The translations under genes were made by a program, and so were the position numbers. Of a DNA stretch of 64,000 nt, positions 62,660 through 64,000 are shown in pieces. Within the stretch, counting starts at the first letter, position 1. The number at the start of each line of letters is the position of its first letter. Source of the DNA: Leucoraja erinacea (Eukaryota); assembly GCF_028641065.1 (NCBI RefSeq), contig NC_073389.1, positions 41,726,001 to 41,790,000 of the forward strand, written 5' to 3'. The notes under the pieces are model-generated. The model searched no databases and was not told where the DNA came from. It saw only the letters and a program-made list of their open reading frames with translations.

Positions 62660-62868
62660 CTGTGGTGCAGAGGTAAGATGTGCTTTACAGCGTAGAGACC
62701 TTGTTCGTGGCCTGGGGTGGACGGAGTCTGTGTTCTCCCCATGGGCGTGGGTTTCTCTGGTTTCGTTCCAGAGTACGGTTTGTAGGCGGTGGGTAAAAAT
62801 TGTAAATTGTCCAGTGTTGGAATCTGTGTGGGGATTGCCATGCTGTTTCCATGCTGTATCTCTAAACT
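62660..62868 (+). mobile_element. Degenerate V-SINE
   Basis: tggtgcagaggtaag head, gttctccccatgggcgtgggtttc core, ctgtatctctaaact tail. Confidence 0.7.
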
Positions 62869-63594
62869 CATTTAAAAATTAACCAGAATGTATTGATAGT
62901 GAAACAAAATCCTGTCCATGGTGCTAACATCAGCTGGCTTTATTTTGTAATAATTGCTGCCTTAAAGAAACACACTGATCCTGAGTATTCATATCTGCTC
63001 GGTTCAGGCCAGGAAATAAGCTGAATTATCTGCACAACACTCGATTCTTAATCTTAAATATGCACTTTATACACAGGCAGTCAACATTTGGGAATCTTTT
63101 GCTGAGAAGACAAACACTGCAATCAATAGATATGTATATGGTGTTGGATAACATCAGTCAGCTAACCCTAGGCCGAAAGAGCATGGAAATAATTCTGATT
63201 ATAATTCAGATGGTTTGGAGAATATTTTTCAATTTGAGATTGTAATTTGAATACTGGTTTATGCGGCCAGGACAATATATATTTATTAAACCATATCAAG
63301 GCCTTCAAAATCTGCTTCGTACTTTTACTTCAATTTACCAGTTTCCCCTCCTGATGTCCTTCTTTCCTCGTTTACATATCAACGTGGCATCATTTGCCTT
63401 CATGTTCATAAAGCATTGGGTTGGGTGGCATTTGACTTCATGGGATAATGGGCTTCAGTATTTGATAATGTGAAGTGCAATGCTTCAGTGTAGCCTTTGT
63501 CTGTTCAACATCCTAATGTGGTCTGTTCATCCAGCATTTGCCAACCACTCTCACTCTCATGACGGTTACTGTTAGAAATGTTAGATTAGTACTG

Positions 63595-63720
63595 GTGCCA
63601 GGGTTTATGGGGAGAAGGCAGGAGAATGTGATTAGGAGAGAGAGATAGATCAGCCATGATCGCATGACGAAGTAGAATTGATGGGCCAAATTGCCTAATT
63701 CTGCTCCTAACACTTATGAG
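63595..63720 (+). mobile_element. CR1-type 3' end
   Basis: tatggggagaaggcaggagaatg..gatcagccatgatc. Confidence 0.7.
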
Positions 63721-64000
63721 ACCAGAAATACCTCACAAATGCATTCATCTGAAATGAGTGCAGAGGACTGTTTCATTCCAAGTGGCTCACTTGAAGGTTA
63801 AAGAAAAGCAATAACAAGGGCATGGCTCAAATAAATACAAGAGTCAAGGTTTGGAGGGGCTATGTTGGAGCATAGAGGGTGGGAGAAGAAGGTGGGAAAA
63901 CAATTAACTTATCTTCTTCTTCTTCAACTTCTTGCATATGGCGTGCACAGCGTAAAGTTGTAGGTTGTAAACTTGTTCTATTTGATCTTGTTTGCGCATG

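Overview
Eukaryotic (vertebrate) genomic DNA, repeat-dominated, with no intact host gene that I can support. The repeat set (tRNA-headed V-SINEs of the HE1 type, CR1/HER1-type LINEs, Rex1/Babar LINEs, Penelope-like elements) points to a cartilaginous fish, most likely a skate or ray (inference). Main contents: (1) 1-6921, the 3' part of a decayed, env-less class I (gamma/epsilon-like) endogenous retrovirus with a nested Helitron and a LINE fragment replacing CA-NC-PR; (2) about 10435-14983, a near full-length CR1 LINE with an intact zinc-finger/SGNH-esterase ORF1 ending in a correctly phased U_UUA_AAC slippery site, and a frameshifted ORF2; (3) about 23600-24100, a GC-rich fragment resembling TDP2 exon 1 plus its splice donor, wedged between LINE pieces; (4) 30372-30925, a non-coding miniature DIRS-type element with an intact internal complementary region; (5) 46070-49460, a Rex1/Babar LINE with a DNA transposon in its tail; (6) more than 20 short Penelope-derived repeats carrying a minimal hammerhead-ribozyme-like core; plus many SINEs, LINE 3' ends, MITEs and microsatellites. 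Boundaries of degraded repeats were read by eye and are approximate. No database search was run.
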